Source: Sedimentisphaeraceae bacterium JB056 (GTDB lineage Bacteria > Planctomycetota > Phycisphaerae > Sedimentisphaerales > Sedimentisphaeraceae). Taken from it: a stretch of 64,000 nt of DNA. Position numbers and translations under genes: made by a program. Below the pieces are notes generated by a model. It was given only the letters and a program-made list of their open reading frames with translations. It did not search any database and was not told the DNA's origin. Shown in pieces: positions 49,174 to 59,516 of this stretch. Positions within the stretch are counted from its first letter, which is position 1; each line of letters opens with the position of its first letter. Where the stretch lies: positions 128,001-192,000 of the forward strand of contig JBITAJ010000004.1 in assembly GCA_044440125.1 (NCBI GenBank). The letters are read 5' to 3'.

Positions 49174-51138
49174 ATGCCTCTTATACGCTTAGAAAATATA
49201 TATAAATCGTTCGGTACTGACCACCTTTTCGATGCCCTTGAGCTCAAGATATACCGCAAGGAGAAAGTCGGTCTTATCGGCAGCAACGGCACAGGCAAGA
49301 CCACCCTCTTCAAGATGATACTCGGCAAAGAGCAGCCCGATGCCGGCGAGATCATCAAGCGGGACGGTATCAGCATCGGTTATCTGCCGCAGGAGCCATA
49401 TTTTGACGGCGAAAAAACCGTCATAGAAGAGATGCACTCCAACCTCGCCCACCTATTCGAGATGCAGGAAAAGGTTGAATCTCTGGCAAAACAGATGGAG
49501 ACGGTAAAAGGCGAAAAGCTCGAAAGCATCATGGCCGAATATGAAGAACGGAGCCTTGCATTTGAGCTTGCCGGCGGCTACGATTACGAAACCCAGATCA
49601 AGCTTATCCTTTCAGGCGTCGGCATTGATGAGGAGTTCTATGATGTCAAGACATCAGCACTTAGCGGCGGCCAGCTTTCAAGACTGGGACTGGCAAGAGT
49701 ATTAATGGGCGGCTGCGATCTGCTTCTGCTTGACGAACCCACAAACCATCTCGACCTCGCAGCTACCGAATGGCTCGAAAGATTCATGCGAAATTATCCC
49801 GGCGCAGCGGTAATGATCAGCCACGACCGCTACATGCTCGACAAAGTAGCCGTAAAAATCTTCGAGCTCACGGAGCAAAGGGCAATCGTATGGAAAGGTA
49901 ACTACTCGGCATACCTTACGCAGCGTGAAAACTACCTGCTCCAGCAGGAAAGGGAATACGAAGCAAGAAAGAAGATGCTCGCCAAAGAGCAGGACTTCAT
50001 AGAACGCAACCGAAACGATGTCGGCATGAGGAAAGTTGCCCGCGGCAGGGCAAAGCGCCTCGACAGACTGCTTGACGACAACCCCGACTTCCTCAAGAAA
50101 ACAAACAAAACCCGCTCTTTGTCGTTCAACTTCGGCGATGTAAACACACTCAGCTACAACGTACTCAAATGTCGCTCGCTCAGCAAGTGTTTTGACGAGA
50201 TAAAACTCTTCGACAATCTCGACTTCGACATAACAACCGGCCAAAGGCTCGCTATAACCGGCCCCAACGGAACCGGCAAAAGTACGCTTCTGAAAATCGC
50301 ACTCGGTAAGCAAAAGCCGACCACAGGCAAGATCAAATTCGGCTCAAACCTCATCATAGGCTACATGGATCAGCGAGGCGAAGAGCTCAACAAGGAAAAC
50401 AGCGTACTCAACGAGATACTCGAGAACTACCCCCAGCTCACCCCCGAACAGGTACGCTCGAAACTCGGAGCCTTCATGTTCTTCGGCGATGATGTGTTCA
50501 AGAAGGTTGAAAACCTCTCCGGCGGCGAACAAAACAGGCTTATGCTCTGCAAGCTGGTGATGAAAAACCCCGATGTCCTCATACTCGATGAGCCGACAAA
50601 CCACCTTGATATAGCTGGCAAGGAAGCTCTCGAAGCCGCACTTCAGGAATTCAAAGGCGCAATCCTCGTAGTCAGCCACGACCGCTATTTCATAGACAGA
50701 ATAGCGGAAAAAATGCTGGTTATCGGCGTTGACGAACTCGGCAAACGTCAGATGGGCAGGCATGAATTCATAGACGGCTGCGAAAGTGTATACACTACCT
50801 ATTCAAAGCTCATCGCCCAGCGAAGCGAAAAGGCCATGCAGCAGAAGTATGCCGCAGTAAACAATAATGCCTCCGCCGGCTCATCAGGCAAACGCAGGCA
50901 TAAGGAACGCAAAACCGCCCCTGAGGACATAAAGCAGTTTAATAAATACAGGGTAGAGCAGGTTGAAGAGATGATCATGGAGACCGAAACCCAGATTGAA
51001 GAGGGCAAAGAAAAATTCGGTCTGGAGGAATACTACAAAGACCACAGCAAACTGCAGAAGCTCCAGAATGAGGTTAAGGAAAAAGAGAAATACCTCGAAC
51101 TGCTTTACAAAGCCTATGAATGGAAAGTTGACAATTAA
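49174..51138 (+). CDS. ABC-F family ATP-binding protein (Uup/YheS-like)
   Basis: Two ABC cassettes (GSNGTGKTT, GPNGTGKST; LSGG; LDEPTNHLD twice), no TM, coiled-coil C-terminus. Confidence 0.93.
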   Translation: MPLIRLENIYKSFGTDHLFDALELKIYRKEKVGLIGSNGTGKTTLFKMILGKEQPDAGEIIKRDGISIGYLPQEPYFDGEKTVIEEMHSNLAHLFEMQEKVESLAKQMETVKGEKLESIMAEYEERSLAFELAGGYDYETQIKLILSGVGIDEEFYDVKTSALSGGQLSRLGLARVLMGGCDLLLLDEPTNHLDLAATEWLERFMRNYPGAAVMISHDRYMLDKVAVKIFELTEQRAIVWKGNYSAYLTQRENYLLQQEREYEARKKMLAKEQDFIERNRNDVGMRKVARGRAKRLDRLLDDNPDFLKKTNKTRSLSFNFGDVNTLSYNVLKCRSLSKCFDEIKLFDNLDFDITTGQRLAITGPNGTGKSTLLKIALGKQKPTTGKIKFGSNLIIGYMDQRGEELNKENSVLNEILENYPQLTPEQVRSKLGAFMFFGDDVFKKVENLSGGEQNRLMLCKLVMKNPDVLILDEPTNHLDIAGKEALEAALQEFKGAILVVSHDRYFIDRIAEKMLVIGVDELGKRQMGRHEFIDGCESVYTTYSKLIAQRSEKAMQQKYAAVNNNASAGSSGKRRHKERKTAPEDIKQFNKYRVEQVEEMIMETETQIEEGKEKFGLEEYYKDHSKLQKLQNEVKEKEKYLELLYKAYEWKVDN

Positions 51139-51309
51139 GAATTTAAAATTAGGAATTAGGAATTGCGAATGTTCGTTCAAGGCAGAGCTTACGCTGCAAG
51201 AAACTTTATTTTAGCGTTAGCCATTAAAAAAAGCATGAGCAAAGCGAATTCCAAAATTCCTAATTCCTAATTCCTAATTGATAATTGATAATTCTTAATT
51301 CCTAATTCT
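51131..51309. repeat. Inverted arrays of 7-bp repeats (GGAATTA left, TAATTCC right) between convergent genes
   Basis: ~5-6 units at 51131-51172 and 8 complementary units at 51254-51309; both stop codons fall within the outer units. Confidence 0.8.
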
Positions 51310-52198
51310 GAGTTATAAAAGTCAGCATTATCAGTTTATATAACACCAGCAAAGCGGCAACAATCACTATATATATGAAATAAAGCCTGATCTTCGGCCC
51401 CTCGAATTTCAGCCCTATTTTTGTCCCGATAGATGTACCGAGAAACCCGCCCGCAAGCAGAAAAGCGGCAAGAAACAGATCGATATCACCACCGGCACCC
51501 TTCTTGATAACCGCAACAAGCGATGATATCCAAACAAGAAGCAAGCTTGTACCCGCTGCCTTTACCGTCCTCTGCCCAACGAGATATACCAGCGCCGGAA
51601 GCAGTATAACTCCCCCGCCAACGCCTAAGAGACCGGTCAAAATACCGACAACAAGCCCGAACGCCACCAGCAAAGGAATAGATAAATGCGGTTCTTCCAG
51701 AGACTTAAACATCCCCACCGGCGGTATATGCCATTTGGAAAACATCCCCACCCTGACGGCAGGAGCAATTCCGCTATGCTTTCGGTAATCATATGAAAGA
51801 TACCCCGCTATCCATCCCAGAAGCATGAAAAACGCAAGCAGAAGCACATACTGCACAGTATCCTGCTCACGCCCCAAAACCATCATCTTCGGAGCCTGCG
51901 AAAGAATGTTAAGCAGTTTGGAACCGATAAAAACACCCACCAGCGAACCTGTCGAAATGATAACCGATATCTTCACATCGATCGTACCGCTGCCGCGTCT
52001 CTTGTAAAGGCCGTAAGTACTGTTGACCAGTATCACGGCAAGACCGGTACCGACGGCAACAGGGCCGGGCACTCCAATACAAATCATAAGAAGAGGAGTA
52101 AGCATGAACCCGCCGCCAACGCCAAAAATACCCGTCAAAACGCCTATTAACGAACCGATAAAAACTGCGGCTACTATAAAACCGACCGTCATATCCAT
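51302..52198 (-). CDS. TauE/SafE (TSUP) family sulfite exporter
   Basis: Duplicated G..GVGGG....P.L motif, AVGTGL/AAGTSL, multiple TM helices. Confidence 0.9.
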   Translation of the reverse strand: MDMTVGFIVAAVFIGSLIGVLTGIFGVGGGFMLTPLLMICIGVPGPVAVGTGLAVILVNSTYGLYKRRGSGTIDVKISVIISTGSLVGVFIGSKLLNILSQAPKMMVLGREQDTVQYVLLLAFFMLLGWIAGYLSYDYRKHSGIAPAVRVGMFSKWHIPPVGMFKSLEEPHLSIPLLVAFGLVVGILTGLLGVGGGVILLPALVYLVGQRTVKAAGTSLLLVWISSLVAVIKKGAGGDIDLFLAAFLLAGGFLGTSIGTKIGLKFEGPKIRLYFIYIVIVAALLVLYKLIMLTFITQN

Positions 52199-52487
52199 AG
52201 AAATACCTTTTGTGTAGTAGATTTAGATAAACAAAAACAGAAAATATCCATATAAACGACAAAACTTAAAAATAAGAATAAACCGTCATTGATATGAAAA
52301 AACACACTTAACCACTCCCCGCACAGTAAGGGTAGCGACTTAAAACGATAATGTCAATAGAGAAAAACAATCATTTTTCGTGGTGCAAGGCCAATACTGT
52401 TCGGCAGGCCACCCCTGCCACTAAATTATCGAGAGGCAATGATTTTAAGTTAATTTACCAGAACAAGCAAAGTCTTGATAACAACAC

Positions 52488-54548
52488 TCAGTTATCAAAA
52501 TCATAAATCTCCTTTACCGGCCCGACTGTTACCGTAACCACCTTTTCCTTAAAGCTGCTGTTTATATAAGGGCTCTTATAGGTCCATTCGGGAGAAAGGT
52601 TCAGTTCATTGCCATTAATCAGAGGCAGTTTGAATTGCTCATGCTTGTCTGGATAGTAGGTAAACATGGTGATATCTATGCCTTCGTGAGCTGAAACATA
52701 TCTGAGCTGACCATCTTCCACCCGCAGCTCATTCTCCAGTACCTGCGATATGAAATGCTCCAAACTGCCATGTGACTGAACATCCCCTGCATGGATCAGG
52801 TAGCGGTCCTTGGAATCCTCATGATGATTCTTTGGCAGGGCAACATCTTTGGCCTTATTCCATACGTATTGATCATCCAGAAACTTAACGCCCACAAAGG
52901 CATTGCCGTCACTGGCGAAGATCCACCCCTGCTTCTCAGTCTTCTCGAGCATTTCACCAACGAACCGAATATCCACGGCACCGGTATTATAGGACCCGTT
53001 ATCCCCTGCCGCCGGAGGAATTCTCTGCACGATCATCACATTTTTATAGTTCACCCCCCAAAGCGGATGTTGAGGGCGACCGACGCGTTCATCGGCTTTC
53101 GAATACCAGGGATATACCGCGCTGATGTGAATTGGAAGTTCGGGCTCGGTGCCGGGTTTGTGCCGGGCATCGGGATGATCAAACAGCACACCGCACCAAC
53201 GATTCTGCTTGGCGATGCCGTGATATGCAAGCGCCGGGTTCTGCAGATACCCGCCGATTATGTAATGCGGCGTCCTGTAAGCGTAATTCACATGCTTGCC
53301 GTCAAGCTTGAATACGTTTCGAGCATCCTCGTCCCTTTCATAAACAGCATCGTCCATTTCTCCGATAACCCGGTTGGAGATTTCAAAGGGCTTCTCCGTT
53401 GGGAACTCTATCTTTCTAAGAATGATCGCCGAAGCCGGCAGTTGATACGTGCTGGTCTCAAAAACCTTATTGTGACTGCTGCCAAAAAATCGCCCGGCAG
53501 TAACGCCGTACATGATCCATTTGGTTGATTCCCAGGAATTTTTGGCATACCCCGCGCGGCTTCGCCCACCGCCCCGACGACCTTCAACGCTGATCTGGGC
53601 GTCTTCGATGAACATCAGATCCAGCAGCATCTTGTAACGCTTGCGCACCAGCGGATCAGGTGATAGTTCAGCCATGTTCAGGATAGTTGGGGGCGTGTAT
53701 TTCTGATAGGTATCAGAACCTGCCTCAACCCAATGCCCTGCCCTTACACGCATGCCCGGACGGGCCAGGAAATACTTATTATAAGCCTCGTAATGGTCCT
53801 TGGCCTTGTAACCGTCCTTGTAGGAACGATCCTTGTACACCGGATCCTTCATGAACAAATTGTTCATCAGGTAGAAATAAGGCCGACGCAGTATATCGTG
53901 GTTCTCCGTGCCGTGGTAGACCAGCAATCGCTCCGGTGCAGTTTCAGCGATCTTGGATTTCTCGGAAACTATGATCCACATAAACCTCTTCATAGCTGCT
54001 TCTGTTTCAGGCTTGAGTCGCCCAGGGTAGGACTCACTGTCTGCACCAAACAGATAGAGCATCCGCACGTATTCTGGTGTGTTAAAGAACGAGAAGGGCA
54101 GATTCGGGTACGACTCCGGCTTGAAAGTGATCTCAGTGATCTCGCCGGATTCATACTTGTTGATGTACTCGTTGGTGGTATCCAGCAGTATCTCATTCGC
54201 CTCGTCTGTTCTTTCATTCAGGTACAGGGCGACCATTGACCAGAGAATATTGTTCCACTTTTCCACGTTTGGGAACCTGTCAGGCGTGTTGAGGTAGCCC
54301 GTGAGCGCCTGCCTTCTCAATTGGAGCGAAGCTGCGTGAGTTTCGGCCACGACCTTTTCGTAATCCGCGTACTTACCGGCAGCATCTGTTTTCTCTACAA
54401 CCGGTTCGGCTCCCATATTCTGATTGCTCTGGGCCTGCACAACACAGGCGAAAAATAACAATGCCAACACGATGACAGTCTTGTTCATGCCCATCATATA
54501 ATCAAAAACAGAGCAGCTTAAACCACCTATACGTACAACTTTTAACAT
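52488..54548 (-). CDS. Large secreted hypothetical protein (possible alpha-toroid plus beta-sandwich glycan-lyase-like fold)
   Basis: AAGGAG RBS; signal-like segment ending VVQAQ; GTENH, E.GS.TY, GGRSR motifs; function is inference. Confidence 0.65.
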   Translation of the reverse strand: MLKVVRIGGLSCSVFDYMMGMNKTVIVLALLFFACVVQAQSNQNMGAEPVVEKTDAAGKYADYEKVVAETHAASLQLRRQALTGYLNTPDRFPNVEKWNNILWSMVALYLNERTDEANEILLDTTNEYINKYESGEITEITFKPESYPNLPFSFFNTPEYVRMLYLFGADSESYPGRLKPETEAAMKRFMWIIVSEKSKIAETAPERLLVYHGTENHDILRRPYFYLMNNLFMKDPVYKDRSYKDGYKAKDHYEAYNKYFLARPGMRVRAGHWVEAGSDTYQKYTPPTILNMAELSPDPLVRKRYKMLLDLMFIEDAQISVEGRRGGGRSRAGYAKNSWESTKWIMYGVTAGRFFGSSHNKVFETSTYQLPASAIILRKIEFPTEKPFEISNRVIGEMDDAVYERDEDARNVFKLDGKHVNYAYRTPHYIIGGYLQNPALAYHGIAKQNRWCGVLFDHPDARHKPGTEPELPIHISAVYPWYSKADERVGRPQHPLWGVNYKNVMIVQRIPPAAGDNGSYNTGAVDIRFVGEMLEKTEKQGWIFASDGNAFVGVKFLDDQYVWNKAKDVALPKNHHEDSKDRYLIHAGDVQSHGSLEHFISQVLENELRVEDGQLRYVSAHEGIDITMFTYYPDKHEQFKLPLINGNELNLSPEWTYKSPYINSSFKEKVVTVTVGPVKEIYDFDN

Positions 54549-54942
54549 TATGCATCTCCTTAGATAACTTTCGCAATTTTACAAACATTTAAGCACCGGA
54601 AGCTAAGGCCTCCATTGCGAACTTATATATTATTGTATCCAAAGCTCACAACGCAGGCAAGCTAAAACGGAAAAGTTTGCTCTGTAGAAAAGCTCATTCA
54701 TATAAGATACTAATACCTGCCGAAGAACCCATATGATAGTACCAGCTCAAAGATATAATTTCAATGATTTTCAGTTAATTTATCAGAAACGGTAAAGGCC
54801 TGATAATGGCAAATCCCCTTCAATCCCTTCCCAACTTCATGGTGAAATAAAAAAACAATTTGTCAATAAATCCATTTCGTCTGTGCAAGTCCATATAAGT
54901 CCGCACCTGTCCGTGATGACAAAAAACCTCTTTTATAATTAC

Positions 54943-57900
54943 TCAAATTTCTTCTACGGCTTTTAGTTCTTTCGTTAATTTTTTAAATTTGGGACTTCTC
55001 CAATAATTCTTAAAATCCTCATCCTCTTTAGCTATTTTCTTATAATCTTCGTCAAAATTTATTGTTAACGATAACGCCCAATACATATCTTTGGGTCTTC
55101 TAAGTAGAGAATATGCACATGCAAGATTGTAAAGATCTCTTGGTGTAGAATTTGATTTATCAATAGCCCTTTCTAATGATTTTATCTTCTTGGTCTCCAC
55201 CTTTGCAGCACCCGCATATGCTCTAATTGCCAAGCTAACGAATCTTTCGTTTTCTGAATATTCTTCTAGAAGCTTCGTAGCCTTGTCAATTGCCATTCTA
55301 TTATGACCAAGTACAATCCTGCACAGAATATTGTCATACCTAAGCCTTAAATTGCCAGGTAAAATGCTTAATAAATACTTATTTATTTGTAAAATCATTT
55401 TCCATCTTTTATGCTTATTTTCTGGCAGTTCTATCTCTCTTTTTTGTAATTCATTGGCCATTAATGCAGCAACTATATGTTGGTCATTTGTATCAAATTC
55501 TGATGCTTCTTTAAGCAGTTTTTCGGCTTTACTATAATTTCTCTTTTTTGTATAATATTGTCCCAAATGCAACAGCACATTTGCGTTTCTATATCCTTTC
55601 TTCAGAAGATTATTCCGTATTTTGAAAGCATCTTTCTGTTTATTTAATACGTCAAGGATATCAGCCTTTAAACTTTTAAGTAAATTGTTCTCAGGAAAAA
55701 CTGTCATTAAATAGGTAACAGCCTGATCAAGTACCATTGCTTTATCGTGATAATCATCGGGTAGTTGACTAATACCTCTTTGGGCTAACTCTACCTTGAT
55801 TATTTCTATGATAATATCTTCTTTATCTTTACTTAATTCGGCGGCTTTTAATAAATATCTTTTAGCAAAAGCATATTTATTATCTTCAATATATCTTGAT
55901 GCAATTATTCTATAAGCTTCAACCTTCTTATCTTCAAATTTCCTTGCAATTTTTTTATGGACTTGAAGTTCTTTTTGCTTTTCTCCTTTTACATTGTACA
56001 AATGAGCTAAAACAGCATATCCATCAATTTTATTAGGCTTCATTTTGATAGCATCTTGACAATATTCAAACGCAATAGTATAATTATTATCAGCGGTGGA
56101 TGTTTTGGCAATCCCTAAAATAGCTCTGTATTTATGTTTAGAACAATTTTCTGCAATTTTATTGTATATTTCCAATGATTTGGTCGACATACCGAGTACG
56201 CGATAGTTTTCTGCAATTCTACTGTATATATCAACTGTAGTATCATCTGCAACAGAAATATTCTCTGTCAAGAGTGCTAAATCAAAAAATGCTTTAGCTT
56301 TTTTAACATAAAACTTATACTTCTGCCTCTCTTTTGCTGCCTGATTTAAACATATTTGTCCCGCATTAAAAAAAGCTACAGCTCTTAGTTCGGAAAACTT
56401 ATCAGCTATTTTCTGGCAAACATCAATACTTTCCATTGTTTTGCCTTTAGCATTAAGTATAATTAGAAGTTCAAAATACAGTTTAGAGTGATAAGGATAT
56501 AACGCTATTGCCTTATTTAGCTGGCTTATAGCCTTATCCAAGTCACCTTTGACTATATAGGCTTTAGAAATATTGCTATAAGCCTCTTCTGTATGATTTT
56601 TGAATTTTTTGGCAATATATTTATGCGTCTTTATTTCTTCATCATACCGTTTCTGCTCATGTAGCATAGCAGCTTTAACAGCATACCCGTCAAGTAAATC
56701 AGGAAATTTCTTTATCGTAATTGCACATGTCGTCATAGCCTTTCGAGAATTTCCCTGATTAAAATATGCAAGTGCAATCTTCGCTTGTGCTCCTCCTAAA
56801 CGATCTTTAAATTTCTGTGTTATAGTTTTCAATGTGACAATTTGCTGATCATAATCTTTTTTGTCTGAAAAGATATGGCATAGAAATTCATACAACTCAT
56901 AACAGTCACTGTTAGCTTTAATTGCTTTTCTGCAGTATTTAATCGCATTAGTAAAATCTTCTTTAGCGTGAAATAATGCTGATAGGCATGCGTAGGCTTT
57001 GTATTTGCTATCAGAAAATTCCTTCGCTATCAATTTATAAGTTTCAACTTGAGCTTGCCAATCCTCAAGTGTCTCATAAATTAAAACAAGAGTTGCGTAT
57101 GCTTCTAAACATTTCGAATCTATTTCAATAGCTTTTCGGCATTTCTCAATAGCCGAAGTATATTTTCTGCTCTTTAAATCTATTTTTGATAGACATATCC
57201 AATCTTGTGGGTTATTGGGGACAAGTCGAATTGATTGCCAATAAAACTTATTGGCTTCATCGTAACGATTGATCCGATTAAGCAAATGACCACATGACCT
57301 AAGAAGTCCAGCTTTAACTTCCTTGTTTTTTATATATTTCCGCAAAGCTTTTACTAATTCAATAGCGGGAGTTATATTACTAGCTTCTGTGTGAAAACAA
57401 TCATCGTTTTCAAGTGACTTAACAATATCTTCAAACTTCTTATAGCCCAAAACTAACCCGTCATATTTAATACTAAAATATGAGTCAATATGTTTTTTGT
57501 ATCTGTAACCATAAATCGGAAGAATTTTCAATAAATCTTGATCCCAATCTTTTAGGGCTTGTGCAAAAAGTTCGAAATAGGCACCTACTCCTGCTCTGAT
57601 AGTTTTTTTCTCAAACCAGTAACTCGGAATATCAAACAACAGTTCATTCACGTTATCTTTGAAATTAGATGGCATCTTTTTATTACAAAGTTGCTCAGTT
57701 AGATAATCAACAATCTCATTAATAAGTTTATTAGGAAGTTTTTGGAGTGCTATAGGCGATATTTCTTGTTCTATTCTTTCATCTTTTATTATATAATACC
57801 AGTCTCTCATAAAAGTCCTCGAAAGAGGCTCCTGAGAACTAATTATAGCATGCCACAACTGGTCGGTCATTTTCATCTCGAAATAGTGAAGAACTACAGT

Positions 57901-59514
57901 TGCAATTTTTCTGTCAAAATGAAATAATGGATACAAATGCCTAAGAGCCTCAGTAACTTCAGGAGACCGATCTTCAGATAGTTTATTGTAACTATCATCA
58001 AATAATACAGTATTTTTCCAGCCATCTTCTCTATGGTTCACAAGCCAAAAACTTGTTGGTTTATCTGCTGTAGAAGCATTATCGCTTATAATGTCTAACC
58101 ATTCGAACAATTCCTCATTCATTAGTTCGGCATGATCAATAAAGTACAATACTTCTCTGACTTTTCTCCCTTTATTCCATTCTGTAAAGAATGTTTTGCT
58201 CTCTCTACGTGTATTCTCTCTCACTGGCCTGCCAGATAAAATATAGTTTTGCACACAATCAGACGTGCTACACATCATTTTACTGCCAGACTTAATATAG
58301 AAATCCTTTTTGCTATTATGGTCATCAATTATTTTTGTATTGCTAAACGTATTGACTAACTTATCAATAGGCTTATCAGTAGACTTATTTTTATGTGTAA
58401 CCATGGCGGTTTTAGTTTGACTTAAACTTGTATTGATTGCTTTGGGCGCCACTGAATTAACCAATCGTTCTTCTGGTTCAATTTTGCTTTCATCATGTTT
58501 CAAGCTAAATTGGGTTTCCATCTTTTCTGCAAACTCTTCAACTGATTCTGGTTTTTGAAGAACCAAATTATAAAGGCCACCTATTGGAGAATCTATCAGA
58601 TAATTGTACATACAATTCAGATCAGCAGGACGCATCATAAACATAGTGCTTAGAAAAGTAGCCCTTTCTAATTCGTAAACAAAAAAAGCGTGCTGAATAT
58701 CCTTATATAATGGGTTGTCTTTTTCTTTTTCAGAAAATATTCTAAATTCTTCGTAAAGTCGAAATTTCTTAAAATTGACGTAAAACAACCGTTTTTGGTA
58801 ATCCCTTAGCTTAGCAAAAATTCTTATTGTCAAATTAAAATAAGTCATGTTCCGGAAAAGAGGCTCTGGCCCAGAATTCATGTTAACCAGATTCACACCT
58901 TTTCTTTTCTTAGTATTTGTTACAAAATCAAGAAAGTGACTTCCTTTCGGAATATGTCCATGATCTTTTTTAAGATATTTCACAAATTCAGCATGCACTT
59001 TTGATTCAAATTCTCTTTGGTTGCACTGTGGCTCAACTAAAGGAGCAGACGTTTTCATCCATGGCGAATCATAAGGTAAAAATTCATGTCTGGCATCAAT
59101 TATCCCTTTACCTTCAAAATCAGTAAAAATTAATTCAAACAGATCTTTAACAAACTCATCTTTATTAATTTTCAAATTTTTCCAGTCATTGCTATTCAGA
59201 AACTCATGCAGCCAAAGATTACATGAGAAAGCCTCACAAACTTGAAATGAAATATCTTTGTGTTTTTCCGGTAATGCATAATCAATAATATCCGTGATTA
59301 GTTTGATATTATCGATTATCTGTTTTTGTTGATGAGTATCAATCTTTAATATTATATCATCTGTTTGAGGAAAAACAGAATCTTCTATCTTATATAAATA
59401 TTCCAAAAAGCTAAAACCAGCCAATGCGCGAAGATAAAGATTCATTATCCGTGGCTCTTCACACTTCTCCAATAATTCACGATATTTTTCTTCTTTTTCA
59501 ATAACGTTATTCAT
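54943..59514 (-). CDS. 1523-aa TPR-repeat protein with an unknown N-terminal domain and a degenerate P-loop-like middle region
   Basis: TPR consensus from ~aa 735 to the end (e.g. AYSNISKAYIVKGDLDKAISQLNKAIALYP); terminal YNLACAYSLL...EDF; AT-rich. Confidence 0.85.
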   Translation of the reverse strand: MNNVIEKEEKYRELLEKCEEPRIMNLYLRALAGFSFLEYLYKIEDSVFPQTDDIILKIDTHQQKQIIDNIKLITDIIDYALPEKHKDISFQVCEAFSCNLWLHEFLNSNDWKNLKINKDEFVKDLFELIFTDFEGKGIIDARHEFLPYDSPWMKTSAPLVEPQCNQREFESKVHAEFVKYLKKDHGHIPKGSHFLDFVTNTKKRKGVNLVNMNSGPEPLFRNMTYFNLTIRIFAKLRDYQKRLFYVNFKKFRLYEEFRIFSEKEKDNPLYKDIQHAFFVYELERATFLSTMFMMRPADLNCMYNYLIDSPIGGLYNLVLQKPESVEEFAEKMETQFSLKHDESKIEPEERLVNSVAPKAINTSLSQTKTAMVTHKNKSTDKPIDKLVNTFSNTKIIDDHNSKKDFYIKSGSKMMCSTSDCVQNYILSGRPVRENTRRESKTFFTEWNKGRKVREVLYFIDHAELMNEELFEWLDIISDNASTADKPTSFWLVNHREDGWKNTVLFDDSYNKLSEDRSPEVTEALRHLYPLFHFDRKIATVVLHYFEMKMTDQLWHAIISSQEPLSRTFMRDWYYIIKDERIEQEISPIALQKLPNKLINEIVDYLTEQLCNKKMPSNFKDNVNELLFDIPSYWFEKKTIRAGVGAYFELFAQALKDWDQDLLKILPIYGYRYKKHIDSYFSIKYDGLVLGYKKFEDIVKSLENDDCFHTEASNITPAIELVKALRKYIKNKEVKAGLLRSCGHLLNRINRYDEANKFYWQSIRLVPNNPQDWICLSKIDLKSRKYTSAIEKCRKAIEIDSKCLEAYATLVLIYETLEDWQAQVETYKLIAKEFSDSKYKAYACLSALFHAKEDFTNAIKYCRKAIKANSDCYELYEFLCHIFSDKKDYDQQIVTLKTITQKFKDRLGGAQAKIALAYFNQGNSRKAMTTCAITIKKFPDLLDGYAVKAAMLHEQKRYDEEIKTHKYIAKKFKNHTEEAYSNISKAYIVKGDLDKAISQLNKAIALYPYHSKLYFELLIILNAKGKTMESIDVCQKIADKFSELRAVAFFNAGQICLNQAAKERQKYKFYVKKAKAFFDLALLTENISVADDTTVDIYSRIAENYRVLGMSTKSLEIYNKIAENCSKHKYRAILGIAKTSTADNNYTIAFEYCQDAIKMKPNKIDGYAVLAHLYNVKGEKQKELQVHKKIARKFEDKKVEAYRIIASRYIEDNKYAFAKRYLLKAAELSKDKEDIIIEIIKVELAQRGISQLPDDYHDKAMVLDQAVTYLMTVFPENNLLKSLKADILDVLNKQKDAFKIRNNLLKKGYRNANVLLHLGQYYTKKRNYSKAEKLLKEASEFDTNDQHIVAALMANELQKREIELPENKHKRWKMILQINKYLLSILPGNLRLRYDNILCRIVLGHNRMAIDKATKLLEEYSENERFVSLAIRAYAGAAKVETKKIKSLERAIDKSNSTPRDLYNLACAYSLLRRPKDMYWALSLTINFDEDYKKIAKEDEDFKNYWRSPKFKKLTKELKAVEEI

Positions 59515-59516
59515 AA

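Noticed and set aside
51131..51309. CRISPR array
   Set aside because: Units are 7-bp tandem repeats without spacers; no cas genes; no 23-47-bp repeat-spacer pattern seen anywhere in the window.
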